From: Promethearchaeota archaeon
GTDB lineage: Archaea > Asgardarchaeota > Heimdallarchaeia > Hodarchaeales > Hodarchaeaceae
NCBI GenBank assembly: GCA_048938105.1
Contig: JBHLMN010000005.1
Coordinates: 183,318 to 247,317 of the forward strand
DNA length: 64,000 bases
Reading direction: 5' to 3'
The translations under genes and the position numbers were made by a program. Below the pieces are notes generated by a model. That model was given only the letters and a program-made list of their open reading frames with translations, made no database searches and was not told where the DNA came from. Positions 50,792 to 59,717 of the stretch are shown piece after piece (positions within the stretch are counted from its first letter, which is position 1; every line of letters starts with the position of its first letter).

Positions 50792-52018
50792 GTGATAACT
50801 TATGGGGCTGCCTTCGTGAGTTCTAAAAGAGTCAAATCTCGCTCTAATGAAATCTTAACCTTAGCTTATACTTTTAAAACTTATACAAAACGATTTAAGC
50901 GATCCTTCTACATGATTCTTGACCGAAAGAATCCTATACAGCTAAAACAATTCCCAGATGAATTTCTCAATGCATTTAATAATGTAAAAACCCCTGGAGT
51001 TGCGTTAAAACATTATTATAAGTTAATTTTACTGTTATTCTTAGCTAGAAATGACTTCACCGATTTAAGTAAAAATGAAATCGATGTAATTTTCACGGAG
51101 GTTGGAGTTGAATTATCAATAGATGTGTGGAAGAAATTAACAGGGCACCTAAGCAATAATTCTGACAATCTTATATACAAAATGAGGTTGGGGAAAGACA
51201 CCAGATTATTATTTTCCTCTAATAAAGATTTAATTAAGATAATGGAGAGATTAATTTCAAATTCTCAATCTAGTGAACCTCCTCACGACTATTCATTAGC
51301 AATATTTAGTAAAACGGCTCCTAAGGATAAGAATAACGTTGATTATTGCTTAGATTTTTCTAACTATTTCAAAACAGGGATGCCTTCAGAGGATCAATGG
51401 TTAAGCATTGAGGATGAAATAACGACAGCAATTGAAAATATCTATGAAACTCATTTTGACACAACCCTTCTATTAAAAGAATGTAAGCCTCATACTTCTC
51501 TTGCTTTCATTCTAGGCCATTCGGTTAATTATTTTGAAAGTCTAAAGTTATTTATTTATCAGAACGGTCAATATTGGGAATACGAAAAGATAAATGAGAA
51601 TATTTATGCCTCTAATCACTGGACTCTTTCTACTAAATACAGAAAACCTGTAAATGAAGATGAAATAAACGTCATGATAAGTGTTAGTGACCCAATTATA
51701 CGATATGTTGAAAAATACCTTCAAAAAGATAAAGAAAAGACAAAATTCACAATTCACTTTTCAATCAAACCAGAACCACAAGTAAACAGTATTACTGATC
51801 AAAATGATGCGTTGAAGAAAATTGATGCTATTTACACATACCTTACACGGCTTAAAGCAAAAATCCCTTATATAAAGATTCACCTATTCTTATGGGCTCC
51901 TGTAGCTTTCATAGTATTACTTGGAATGAGACTTGCCTCGGTAGCCCGGGTTCAATTATATGAGTTTGACCAAAAAGCAGGAAATTTTGTGCCTAGCATT
52001 TTACTAGATCGATATTAA
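50792..52018 (+). CDS. SAVED domain protein with N-terminal winged-HTH-like domain
   Basis: SAVED hallmarks LDFSNYF..PSEDQW, HTSLAFILGH, YQNGQYW, ISVS and IHLFLWAPVAFIVLLG..VQLYEFD; likely start is ATG at 50912. Confidence 0.85.
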   Translation: MITYGAAFVSSKRVKSRSNEILTLAYTFKTYTKRFKRSFYMILDRKNPIQLKQFPDEFLNAFNNVKTPGVALKHYYKLILLLFLARNDFTDLSKNEIDVIFTEVGVELSIDVWKKLTGHLSNNSDNLIYKMRLGKDTRLLFSSNKDLIKIMERLISNSQSSEPPHDYSLAIFSKTAPKDKNNVDYCLDFSNYFKTGMPSEDQWLSIEDEITTAIENIYETHFDTTLLLKECKPHTSLAFILGHSVNYFESLKLFIYQNGQYWEYEKINENIYASNHWTLSTKYRKPVNEDEINVMISVSDPIIRYVEKYLQKDKEKTKFTIHFSIKPEPQVNSITDQNDALKKIDAIYTYLTRLKAKIPYIKIHLFLWAPVAFIVLLGMRLASVARVQLYEFDQKAGNFVPSILLDRY

Positions 52019-52279
52019 CCTTTATTTTTCAACAAATGCCATTAAAACACCGTTTGAATTCCTAAAGATGGTTAAATCTAATTTCTTGTATTTTTCGCAC
52101 AATGTCGCACTTTCATGAACTTGAAAGAATTAGCTTATTTTCTCTTGAAAAGTAATTTAATAAGTTTATTTTCCATTTAAGTTACTAATTTAATTTATTT
52201 TATAGTCTTAAAGTTGCACTTATTTGCACTGCTTGTTTAAAACCATAAAATTTAAATACAATTCCGAAAAAGAATATCC

Positions 52280-52301
52280 TTGACCATAAATCAATGGTCA
52301 A
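52280..52301. promoter_or_regulatory. perfect inverted repeat TTGACCAT-N6-ATGGTCAA, operator candidate
   Basis: About 20 bp downstream of TATA-like aaatttaaata (around 52248..52258) and directly upstream of two micro-ORFs. Confidence 0.6.
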
Positions 52302-52329
52302 TATAAGTTTGACTACAAAGGTGAAAAGC

Positions 52330-52392
52330 ATGACAGAAAAAGAGAAGAAACCAAAAACTAAAAAACCCCGAGCTAAGAAAACAAAGAAATAA
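52330..52392 (+). CDS. Lys-rich micro-protein (20 aa)
   Basis: AAAGGTGAAA RBS then ATG; MTEKEKKPKTKKPRAKKTKK*. Confidence 0.5.
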   Translation: MTEKEKKPKTKKPRAKKTKK

Positions 52393-52438
52393 CTTGATAA
52401 AATCTTAGTAAAACAACTAATAGAAAAAGGTGAAAGAT

Positions 52439-52561
52439 ATGAAGAAAGCTCCAAAGAGGAAAGTTCCTCAGAAGAAACCAATCTATGAAGAAGAGGAAGA
52501 AGAGGAAGAAGAGGACTGGGAAGACGAAGACGACGAAGATTGGGATGATGAGGATAATTAA
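52439..52561 (+). CDS. bipartite basic/acidic micro-protein (40 aa)
   Basis: Same AAAGGTGAAA RBS; MKKAPKRKVPQKKPIYEEEEEEEEEDWEDEDDEDWDDEDN*; mixed GAA/GAG/GAC/GAT codons argue for coding rather than a microsatellite. Confidence 0.65.
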   Translation: MKKAPKRKVPQKKPIYEEEEEEEEEDWEDEDDEDWDDEDN

Positions 52562-52590
52562 CCTTTTACATTAAAATAGAATATAATACT

Positions 52591-52624
52591 AGGTGATTTT
52601 CCCTCTAATAAAGGGAAATCACCT
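52591..52624 (+). terminator. stem-loop downstream of the micro-ORFs
   Basis: aggtgattttccct...agggaaatcacct, 13-bp stem with one bulge, between convergent genes. Confidence 0.55.
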
Positions 52625-52803
52625 TTAATTCTCAAATAAAAGTTTTTTCAAGTCCCTCAATTATTTTTATAATATCATACTCTTTTTCTGGTAAGATCGA
52701 AGACATTATCTCTCCTAATATCTCATCAAGACAATTAGAATTTATATTCACATTCAATCGCTATTGATAGTCCTATTTTCTATCGTTATTAATTCATTTT
52801 GAA

Positions 52804-53010
52804 TTAGATTGGTGGTTTTGAATCTTTTCGAGACTCAGTTGCGGGTTTTCCCTCAATACCCCAATGAGCTTTAGGGATTTCGTGAATAATGACTTCAACG
52901 GCATGAGAGGGAATTCCAATTTTTACGAAGACATTCGTAATACCTTCAATTATTTCCTTAATTCTCTCTTCAGAGAATCCTTTCCAAATATGGACATGGA
53001 TAATAGGCAC
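52804..53010 (-). CDS. 4-oxalocrotonate tautomerase family protein
   Basis: N-terminal MP (catalytic Pro1), VEVIIHEIPKAHWGIEG; GAGGTGA RBS. Confidence 0.92.
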   Translation of the reverse strand: MPIIHVHIWKGFSEERIKEIIEGITNVFVKIGIPSHAVEVIIHEIPKAHWGIEGKPATESRKDSKPPI

Positions 53011-53160
53011 ATTACATCACCTCATCAAATTTGTTATTCGTTATTGATCTAAGATTCTTTTGTTTTTGCTTTATCTTTTTTGATTTCAATAATATTTAAG
53101 ACTTTAGACCTTATCAGGAACAAAGAGACAAACAATGATTGAAAAATTATTTTTATTTGC

Positions 53161-53187
53161 CAACTTCGCAAAAGGCTGGATTAACAC
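53161..53187. repeat. dispersed 27-bp intergenic motif, copy 3
   Basis: caacttcgcaaaaggctggattaacac. Confidence 0.7.
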
Positions 53188-53661
53188 TTTAAAAATCTTA
53201 TAACACTAAATTTTGTTGGTTACATCTAATACTGTTCCCTTCATTATGGACAAATATTCCTAACGGAATATCAATCAATAGATGTCAACCCCCAAATTTA
53301 ATATGTAAAATGCCAGTACTCCAATCCAACTTATATACGAAAAGACGGATAACCATTCAATGAAGGGAATAATTGCATCAACAAATAAGATCCCTAGAAA
53401 AAATCCCAGAGAATGAGTTTGATAGTTATTTTAGCACATTAAAAATCCCCTATTAACAATTCTTTTTTATAGACAAAGAATCTCTCTCTACAGTTAATTC
53501 TAGGCACAAAGAAATCAAGGAACTATTATTCAAATCGCATGAAAAACATAAAACAATGGTAGATATAATTAGAAATTCGACTCATCTGGCCATTTTTGGA
53601 GCATTTCCGATGGATTGAGAAAATAATGTAAGAATCCCCCAAATATACACAACAACATCAA

Positions 53662-54612
53662 TCAGATTGCCCAATTATCTGTTGCATTTTTATAATTAGG
53701 ATCATCCCAATTATTTGTGGCAGGAAAATTGACATAAGAAGGAAAAGGCGGCCAATCCGATTTGGGATTGAAATCAGTTCGTATGATCTTTCCTTTGTTC
53801 CAAAAAGAATGAAACTCATCTGAATAATAACCTGTAACAAACATTGATTCTCGCTCTAATGAAGGATAATAACTCTCTTTTTCACGGTCATCTTGATTAA
53901 ACGCAACAAAACATAATGGCTTGATGAGCTGCCCCTCAATCTCTCCTGTTTGATAGGTTTGACGAGTATGCATAAGAGAAATCCCATAATCATCTACAAT
54001 TGGTAATAATTCTTCAATTATGTCAGGAAACACATGAAAACTCATAAGAACTATAATAATCCTTCCTCTTAATTCACCAATTGTTGGCCAAGTGCTTCCA
54101 GACACACCGTATTGTTCTAGATATTCTTCCTTGGTATAAAGCTTTTCCCGCCTTCTGGGCTGTTTTCTCAATTCAAGTGCGTTGGCTATTTGCTCATTAA
54201 ATCGAATAAGGCCGTATCTTGTGTGAGGACGATTATTTCTACCTTGGAGATCCCTTTTTATATCCAAAAAAATAGTGATAGGTACATGATTTGGTTTGCT
54301 TTTTGACCAGTTATATATTACTTCTAACCAATCTTGAAAATTATTATTCCGTGGATTGCCAGGAGCTTTATGATTTACTTCATGTCCAGGGGTCCAATGT
54401 CCGACCTTAAAGTTACCTTTACCACGAAAAAGTTTCAGAAGAGTTAAAAATCTCTTTATTCTCTCAAATAGCGTCCAACTATCATGAATGTCTAGCTCAA
54501 AGCCTCGGATTCCATAATCAAGCTGACGTATTAATGACCACCGATAGGAATTATGGGTTGTCATAAAAATGCTTTTATTATAAGGTTGATTATCAGATAT
54601 TCCATCAGTCAT
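53662..54612 (-). CDS. PI-PLC X-domain phosphodiesterase (phosphatidylinositol phospholipase C-like)
   Basis: THNSY, QLDYGIRGFELDIH, second His in KVGH, HVPITIFLDIK and WPTIGELRGRII motifs; no signal peptide. Confidence 0.85.
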   Translation of the reverse strand: MTDGISDNQPYNKSIFMTTHNSYRWSLIRQLDYGIRGFELDIHDSWTLFERIKRFLTLLKLFRGKGNFKVGHWTPGHEVNHKAPGNPRNNNFQDWLEVIYNWSKSKPNHVPITIFLDIKRDLQGRNNRPHTRYGLIRFNEQIANALELRKQPRRREKLYTKEEYLEQYGVSGSTWPTIGELRGRIIIVLMSFHVFPDIIEELLPIVDDYGISLMHTRQTYQTGEIEGQLIKPLCFVAFNQDDREKESYYPSLERESMFVTGYYSDEFHSFWNKGKIIRTDFNPKSDWPPFPSYVNFPATNNWDDPNYKNATDNWAI

Positions 54613-54715
54613 TAGTTTTCACCTTTAAATCTTAGGAATGGATGAAAGATAGATATAATACATTACATAGCACTTTATAATATCTTCGCTTATCTTATGA
54701 ATAGACTTCTCCTTC

Positions 54716-55105
54716 TTAGCTGCCAACATAAGCAACAACATCAATTTGGATTAATATCCGATCATCTAAAAAATCAGTAATGAAAGTTGTTCGTACGGGA
54801 AAATCAGTTTTAAATTGGTTCCTGTAGATGCTAACCATCTTTCTGAAATCTTCTTTGTTCTTTATTAGAACTGTCGTTTTGATAACATCATCGAGAGATG
54901 CATCCGCATGAGCAAGAGACTTTTTTAATTCTTTGAATGTATATTCTGTCTGGGATTCAATATCTGTAAGTAATTTCCCTTCTTCATCTACTATTGCACC
55001 ATGATAACTCGTATAAATGAAATTCCCTGCCTTAACATATGTACAATGGGTGAATCCAGTTTCTGGGTGTAAATTAACAAATTTTACTTCTCCTTTATCC
55101 GTCAT
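54716..55105 (-). CDS. RidA/YjgF/UK114 family protein
   Basis: AGNFIYTS, DIESQT, LDDVIKTTV, FPVRT and IQIDVVA motifs. Confidence 0.9.
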   Translation of the reverse strand: MTDKGEVKFVNLHPETGFTHCTYVKAGNFIYTSYHGAIVDEEGKLLTDIESQTEYTFKELKKSLAHADASLDDVIKTTVLIKNKEDFRKMVSIYRNQFKTDFPVRTTFITDFLDDRILIQIDVVAYVGS

Positions 55106-55191
55106 TTTTTGAATATCTCCTTCGTTTTTGATAGTATAACTATAATGTTGGTCATCACCTTGATAGAGCAGGTTTTATTAAACTAACGAAT

Positions 55192-56322
55192 TTATTTCAT
55201 GATTACATCATTAAGTTCTTGAAGAAAGGAATCAAGAAATTGCTGCATCTCTGGTCTGGGTTGTGACTGAGTGATAGATGTCCCCAGTGGTTGAAATTGA
55301 TATTTTTGTATTGATGTTTCTATAATAAGAAAGGGATAATATTCTGGCGTATGACCTAGCATATCCCATCGAATATTGGTGATTTGATACTTAGAAATAG
55401 TTTTAAAACGGTTGAATTTCCAGAACTCTCTTCCGACGTATATTTTATCATTCTTTACGATTATCACAAATCGAGAGAGAAGAATTACACAAACCAAGGT
55501 TGTAAATATAATCCCAACTGTACTGACTCCTAAACCTAATGTAAAGGAAAAATTATGCTGAAAAGCTGAAATTAACTCTGTAATAAAGAAGAAAAAGAAG
55601 GCAATGACAATTATAGGACTAACTATTCTTGGAACATAACTTTTGTTTATAGGAGAACTAACAACGATTTTCGTTTGACTTGAAGATTTCTTAGTTTCAA
55701 ACGAGAACAACATGGGCCATTCTCGTTTTTGTCGTATTGTTTGGTAGAGGCCAAAGAAAAATGAGCCTACTAAGGCAAAAAATCCACAAATCACGGTAAT
55801 TAACCACGGGATAACCAGAATTCCCGCATCAAATCCAAGAACACGTTGATTTCTACAATACAATCTTAAATAGGTAGGACCTTGAGTTGGTTCAACAATC
55901 ACTTGGGTAACTAACGTATAGTTTCCTGATTCTTCAACTTGGAATCCCTCTCCCAAAGCGGGATAATAGAAAGCAGGAGAATCAGGGTCCATTTCATATT
56001 CTAGCTCCTCCCCCACGAGAAGGGCAGAGAATATTACTTCTTCTCCTCGTAGAATTGAAATGTTAATAGTTTCATCCCCAGACCAAGTTATAACTTCAAA
56101 ATCATAATACCAGTCTTTCTTGAGGTTCATTGGATAAGTCTTTGTGCCTTTAGTGGGTAGAGAATAGTTTATCTCAGTTGTTTGAACAGAAACAAACATG
56201 AGAACAAGCCCTCCGAAAAATAACACGAGGTAGATTGTGATTAATGTTAACCTTAACCTCAAATGAACTATTTGTCTCCTTTCAATACTATACAACAAAG
56301 ATATTGCTCTGAATTCTATCAT
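55192..56322 (-). CDS. hypothetical membrane protein (beta-rich ectodomain, TMs, C-terminal bPH-like region)
   Basis: 376-aa ORF with 4 hydrophobic segments; the true start is probably about 20 codons downstream. Confidence 0.6.
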   Translation of the reverse strand: MIEFRAISLLYSIERRQIVHLRLRLTLITIYLVLFFGGLVLMFVSVQTTEINYSLPTKGTKTYPMNLKKDWYYDFEVITWSGDETINISILRGEEVIFSALLVGEELEYEMDPDSPAFYYPALGEGFQVEESGNYTLVTQVIVEPTQGPTYLRLYCRNQRVLGFDAGILVIPWLITVICGFFALVGSFFFGLYQTIRQKREWPMLFSFETKKSSSQTKIVVSSPINKSYVPRIVSPIIVIAFFFFFITELISAFQHNFSFTLGLGVSTVGIIFTTLVCVILLSRFVIIVKNDKIYVGREFWKFNRFKTISKYQITNIRWDMLGHTPEYYPFLIIETSIQKYQFQPLGTSITQSQPRPEMQQFLDSFLQELNDVIMK

Positions 56323-56634
56323 ATCGAATGATTTTCTATATTCCAGTAGATTTCATCCAAGTGATTACAGCATTAAAGTAAAAAAAACATATAAAAATTT
56401 TCCTCCCTCTTCAAATTAAGTAGTCTACCTAGAAATAAAATCTGAAAAATAAATTTTGGTGTAAAGCTTAAATAACACTTTATAATAGTGAAATATTTGG
56501 ATATTTTAACTAAACAAGAAAATATTTCAAAGAGCACCCTAATCCTAATGGAAGTAGTCCAATGGGATGAAATAATAAGTCGAATATGACATCTACCATA
56601 TCCTTGTAAAATTCTTAATATAGAGTGAAAAAAC

Positions 56635-56833
56635 ATGTTATTTAGTAATATTTCACAAAAAAATAGCTCTTGCGATCCTGTTTCTACTAGTTCTGGCGTT
56701 GGGACTCTGGGGTGGTGTAATAAATTTCTTTGATAGAGCGGTTACAATCGATCTACTCAAAGATAGAATCAGATTCCTTGGAATTGGACTGGTTATCGCA
56801 GGCATCACAGAACTCATTTCTCTCAAAGACTGA
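56635..56833 (+). pseudogene. frameshifted paralog of the 46412..46576 small membrane protein
   Basis: MLFSNISQK / KIALAILFLLVLALGLWGGVINFFDRAVTIDLLKDRIRFLGIG...; frame break in an A7 run near 56657. Confidence 0.6.
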
Positions 56834-57281
56834 TGGATTATACTCACCGATTGGCCCTCTAGAACCATTTTATTCAGTTTAAATGCTATCCTCCAAAGAC
56901 GTTGAGTATCTATGAAGAGTTTCCTGTCATAGTTTGAGGTAAAGATAGATACCAATCGAACTGAGATAATAATAGAGCAACGCTCATGATAGGAGGAATA
57001 CATACTAAGGATGCGAATGTGGGAAATGCAGTCTTAGAACCAGGTGTTAATCTGAAACATGTGATATTACTCTTCCTCTTCGGGGTAACATTTACAATCG
57101 CGGGACTTTTCTTTCTTTTTTCACTCTTGACAGGATGATAAAAATTAGCAGATTGAACAAGATCGAACCCCATTTTTCTCTTAACAGGTGAGTTAATGTT
57201 TTTTTAGAGATTCTAGTGGGAAATATATCTCATTAGTTAATCTCTTTTTCCAGTTAACGAGTAAATTGGATTGGGTTTCGC

Positions 57282-58139
57282 TTGTCAATAACGCTTCATT
57301 CATTAAGACATTCCTTTTCTAGCATATGGAATACAATGATTGCTATAGATGATCAGTTTTTATCAGTTGCAATTGTAGCTGCGAAGGCAGGAGGAGAGAT
57401 ACTACTTAATATGTATGGAAAGGTAGAAAAAGCTTATAAATTGGATCAAAGCATCGTTACTCAAGCTGATCTTCACTCTGATAATAGGATAAGAAAAATA
57501 TTGACAAAAGAGTTTCCTAAGCATTCAATTTTGAGTGAAGAAAGTGGGAAAAGCTTCGAAACCGAAAAAGGGGGTTTTCCTTCAAAGTACTTATGGGCAA
57601 TTGACCCATTGGATGGAACTATGAATTATACTGCTCAAAATCCTTTCTTTGGAGTTTCAATAGGCCTTTTGGTTGATCAAAAACCTTTTCTTGGTGTAAT
57701 CTATTTTCCTATACAGGATGAACTTTTCTATGCTAAAGTAGGTGCTGGAGCTTTTCTAAATGAAAAAAGAATACACGTTGAATCAAATGCATCCTTTGAA
57801 AATGCATTTTTATCATATGGCAACGCAAGAGATATTAAAAATCGTCAGATCATAGCAAAAATCTTCCCTAAACTCAAAATAAAGAATGATACAGTAAGAC
57901 AGGTGGGTTCACCCGCGTTAGCGTTATGCTTTGTCGCAGCAGGACGTTTTAATGCATTCTTCATGCCAGGTGTAAAATTGTGGGATGTAACAGCTGGGAT
58001 CGTAATTGTACAAGAGGCAAACGGTAGGGTCACAGACTTTTTAAACAAGCCATTTTCACTCAATTCAACGAGTATCATTGCAGCTAGTTCAACACTTCAT
58101 TCAGAAATTCTACCATTTCTGACAAACACTTTTTCCTGA
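57282..58139 (+). CDS. suhB: inositol monophosphatase family protein
   Basis: VTQAD, SEE, WAIDPLDGTMNY and WDVTAG..IVQEANG motifs; the start is probably MIAIDD. Confidence 0.9.
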   Translation: MSITLHSLRHSFSSIWNTMIAIDDQFLSVAIVAAKAGGEILLNMYGKVEKAYKLDQSIVTQADLHSDNRIRKILTKEFPKHSILSEESGKSFETEKGGFPSKYLWAIDPLDGTMNYTAQNPFFGVSIGLLVDQKPFLGVIYFPIQDELFYAKVGAGAFLNEKRIHVESNASFENAFLSYGNARDIKNRQIIAKIFPKLKIKNDTVRQVGSPALALCFVAAGRFNAFFMPGVKLWDVTAGIVIVQEANGRVTDFLNKPFSLNSTSIIAASSTLHSEILPFLTNTFS

Positions 58140-58347
58140 ATATATGTATTCACATGTAATTTGTGTATATGTAGGGAGTCTTTCCCCTTTCCTCATTTTT
58201 TGTAGGTGCGCTTTATATCTCTCAAAAGGTGGATTGATAAGTTTGTTTAAACATGGGAAAAAGAAATGCTAACAATGTACTTCTGAGAAAGTTTTCACTC
58301 AGAAAATTAATAAATATTCACACGAGAGGAAATGGATAAAATTATAG

Positions 58348-58824
58348 GTGGATTGGTTGATAGAAAACAAGGAAGGTAGTTCAGAAAGAAAACTACCTAA
58401 TATATTAAATTCATTGAGGATTTATGCTATTACAACATATCTACTATATCTAACATACACTATCATTCTATTTGTTTGTTTCGATATGCTGTTTAACAAT
58501 CCTCTGACCGATCGTATGTGGATCATTCGCAACTTCTATACTCAATTAATAAGTAACCTACCACTGATTCTTCTAGTAATTAGTCTCACAGCCTTTATCG
58601 GCTGGATACTTCCTTTTCGCAGGAAATTTATGACTCGCTTTTATGAAGAGGAGATGAAAACAATATGGCCAGGCTATTCCTATTATAACGCGGGCCAGAG
58701 TGTTGATATAGGGCTCTTTGTGATTTTTATACTCTTTCTACCAGTATATATCATTGCAAGAAGCCTTCTTTTCAAAGCTACAGCCAATCAAAAAGCTGCT
58801 AGAAAAGTAAACCATGCTAAATAA
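58348..58824 (+). CDS. hypothetical 3-TM membrane protein
   Basis: 158-aa ORF with three hydrophobic segments. Confidence 0.6.
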   Translation: MDWLIENKEGSSERKLPNILNSLRIYAITTYLLYLTYTIILFVCFDMLFNNPLTDRMWIIRNFYTQLISNLPLILLVISLTAFIGWILPFRRKFMTRFYEEEMKTIWPGYSYYNAGQSVDIGLFVIFILFLPVYIIARSLLFKATANQKAARKVNHAK

Positions 58825-59136
58825 TTATTTTCTTAAGATCAAACTAAAGGCTAATTATTTTCAAAAAAATGATGGGAAGATACATTGAATATCAGGAGGT
58901 AGTCAGATTGATCTTATGTGGAATATAGAGCTCTTTGTCAACCAGATATAAAAGATCGGGTATACAACCTCAGATGATTTTCCGACTTCTAGCGAAGCAT
59001 ATCAAGTTACTAAGAATAACTAGAATAAATTATTTAAACTTGCAGATAAACTTATGTAGTATCAAATAAACGAAAAAATCTGTTGATTGGAGGGAAAAAA
59101 CTCTAATTCCCATTGATGAGAGACTCCAAGGTATTG

Positions 59137-59194
59137 GTACTATATCGAACAATTTATAAGTACTATATAGTACTAACTTAGTACCATATAGAAC
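59137..59194. promoter_or_regulatory. three copies of palindromic GTACTATATAGTAC-like operator flanking a TATA box
   Basis: gtactatatcgaac 59137..59150, gtactatatagtac 59160..59173, gtaccatatagaac 59181..59194; tttataa between copies 1 and 2. Confidence 0.75.
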
Positions 59195-59223
59195 TAAAAA
59201 GATATGAAATCTGGGATCAAGAG

Positions 59224-59685
59224 ATGAATAAAAACGAAATAATACAATTTACTTCTCAACTGATGAATATCGCTGAAGTAGCCTACTTTACAACTGTTTA
59301 TGAAGGAGTTCCTTATACAAGAGCGTTAGAAAATCTAAGAAATGAAAAGAAATTTCCAAAGTCATCTAAAATGTTCGCAGGACATCGAAATGACCTAATG
59401 GTCTATTTTTCCACAAATACTTCTTCTACAAAAATCAAACACATAAAGCAAAACCCTCATGTGGCAATATACTATTGTAATCCAACGGAATATCACGGAG
59501 TAATGCTAGGGGGATTAATAAAAATAATTACGGATCAAAATATAAAAGAGGGACTTTGGGAAGATGGGTGGGAAAGATATTATCCTGAAGGGGTTGATGA
59601 TGAAGACTACACGGTTTTACATTTGGTACCTAAACATATACGGGGTTGGAACCAGAACCAACCTTTTGAACTTGATTTAGAGTGA
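59224..59685 (+). CDS. pyridoxamine 5'-phosphate oxidase-like flavin-binding protein
   Basis: YFSTNTSSTKIKHIKQNP and W...YYPEGVDDEDY motifs. Confidence 0.88.
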   Translation: MNKNEIIQFTSQLMNIAEVAYFTTVYEGVPYTRALENLRNEKKFPKSSKMFAGHRNDLMVYFSTNTSSTKIKHIKQNPHVAIYYCNPTEYHGVMLGGLIKIITDQNIKEGLWEDGWERYYPEGVDDEDYTVLHLVPKHIRGWNQNQPFELDLE

Positions 59686-59717
59686 AATCACTTGATGGCT
59701 TAAAGAGAGGATAAAGA

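Noticed and set aside
52330-52561. A single pseudogene spanning both micro-ORFs
   Set aside because: It would need both a nonsense change and a frameshift, whereas each ORF has its own identical RBS at correct spacing
50792-55105. Complete CBASS operon around the SAVED gene
   Set aside because: No CD-NTase (GS...DxD nucleotidyltransferase), Cap2/Cap3 or HORMA/TRIP13 gene is recognisable among the neighbours
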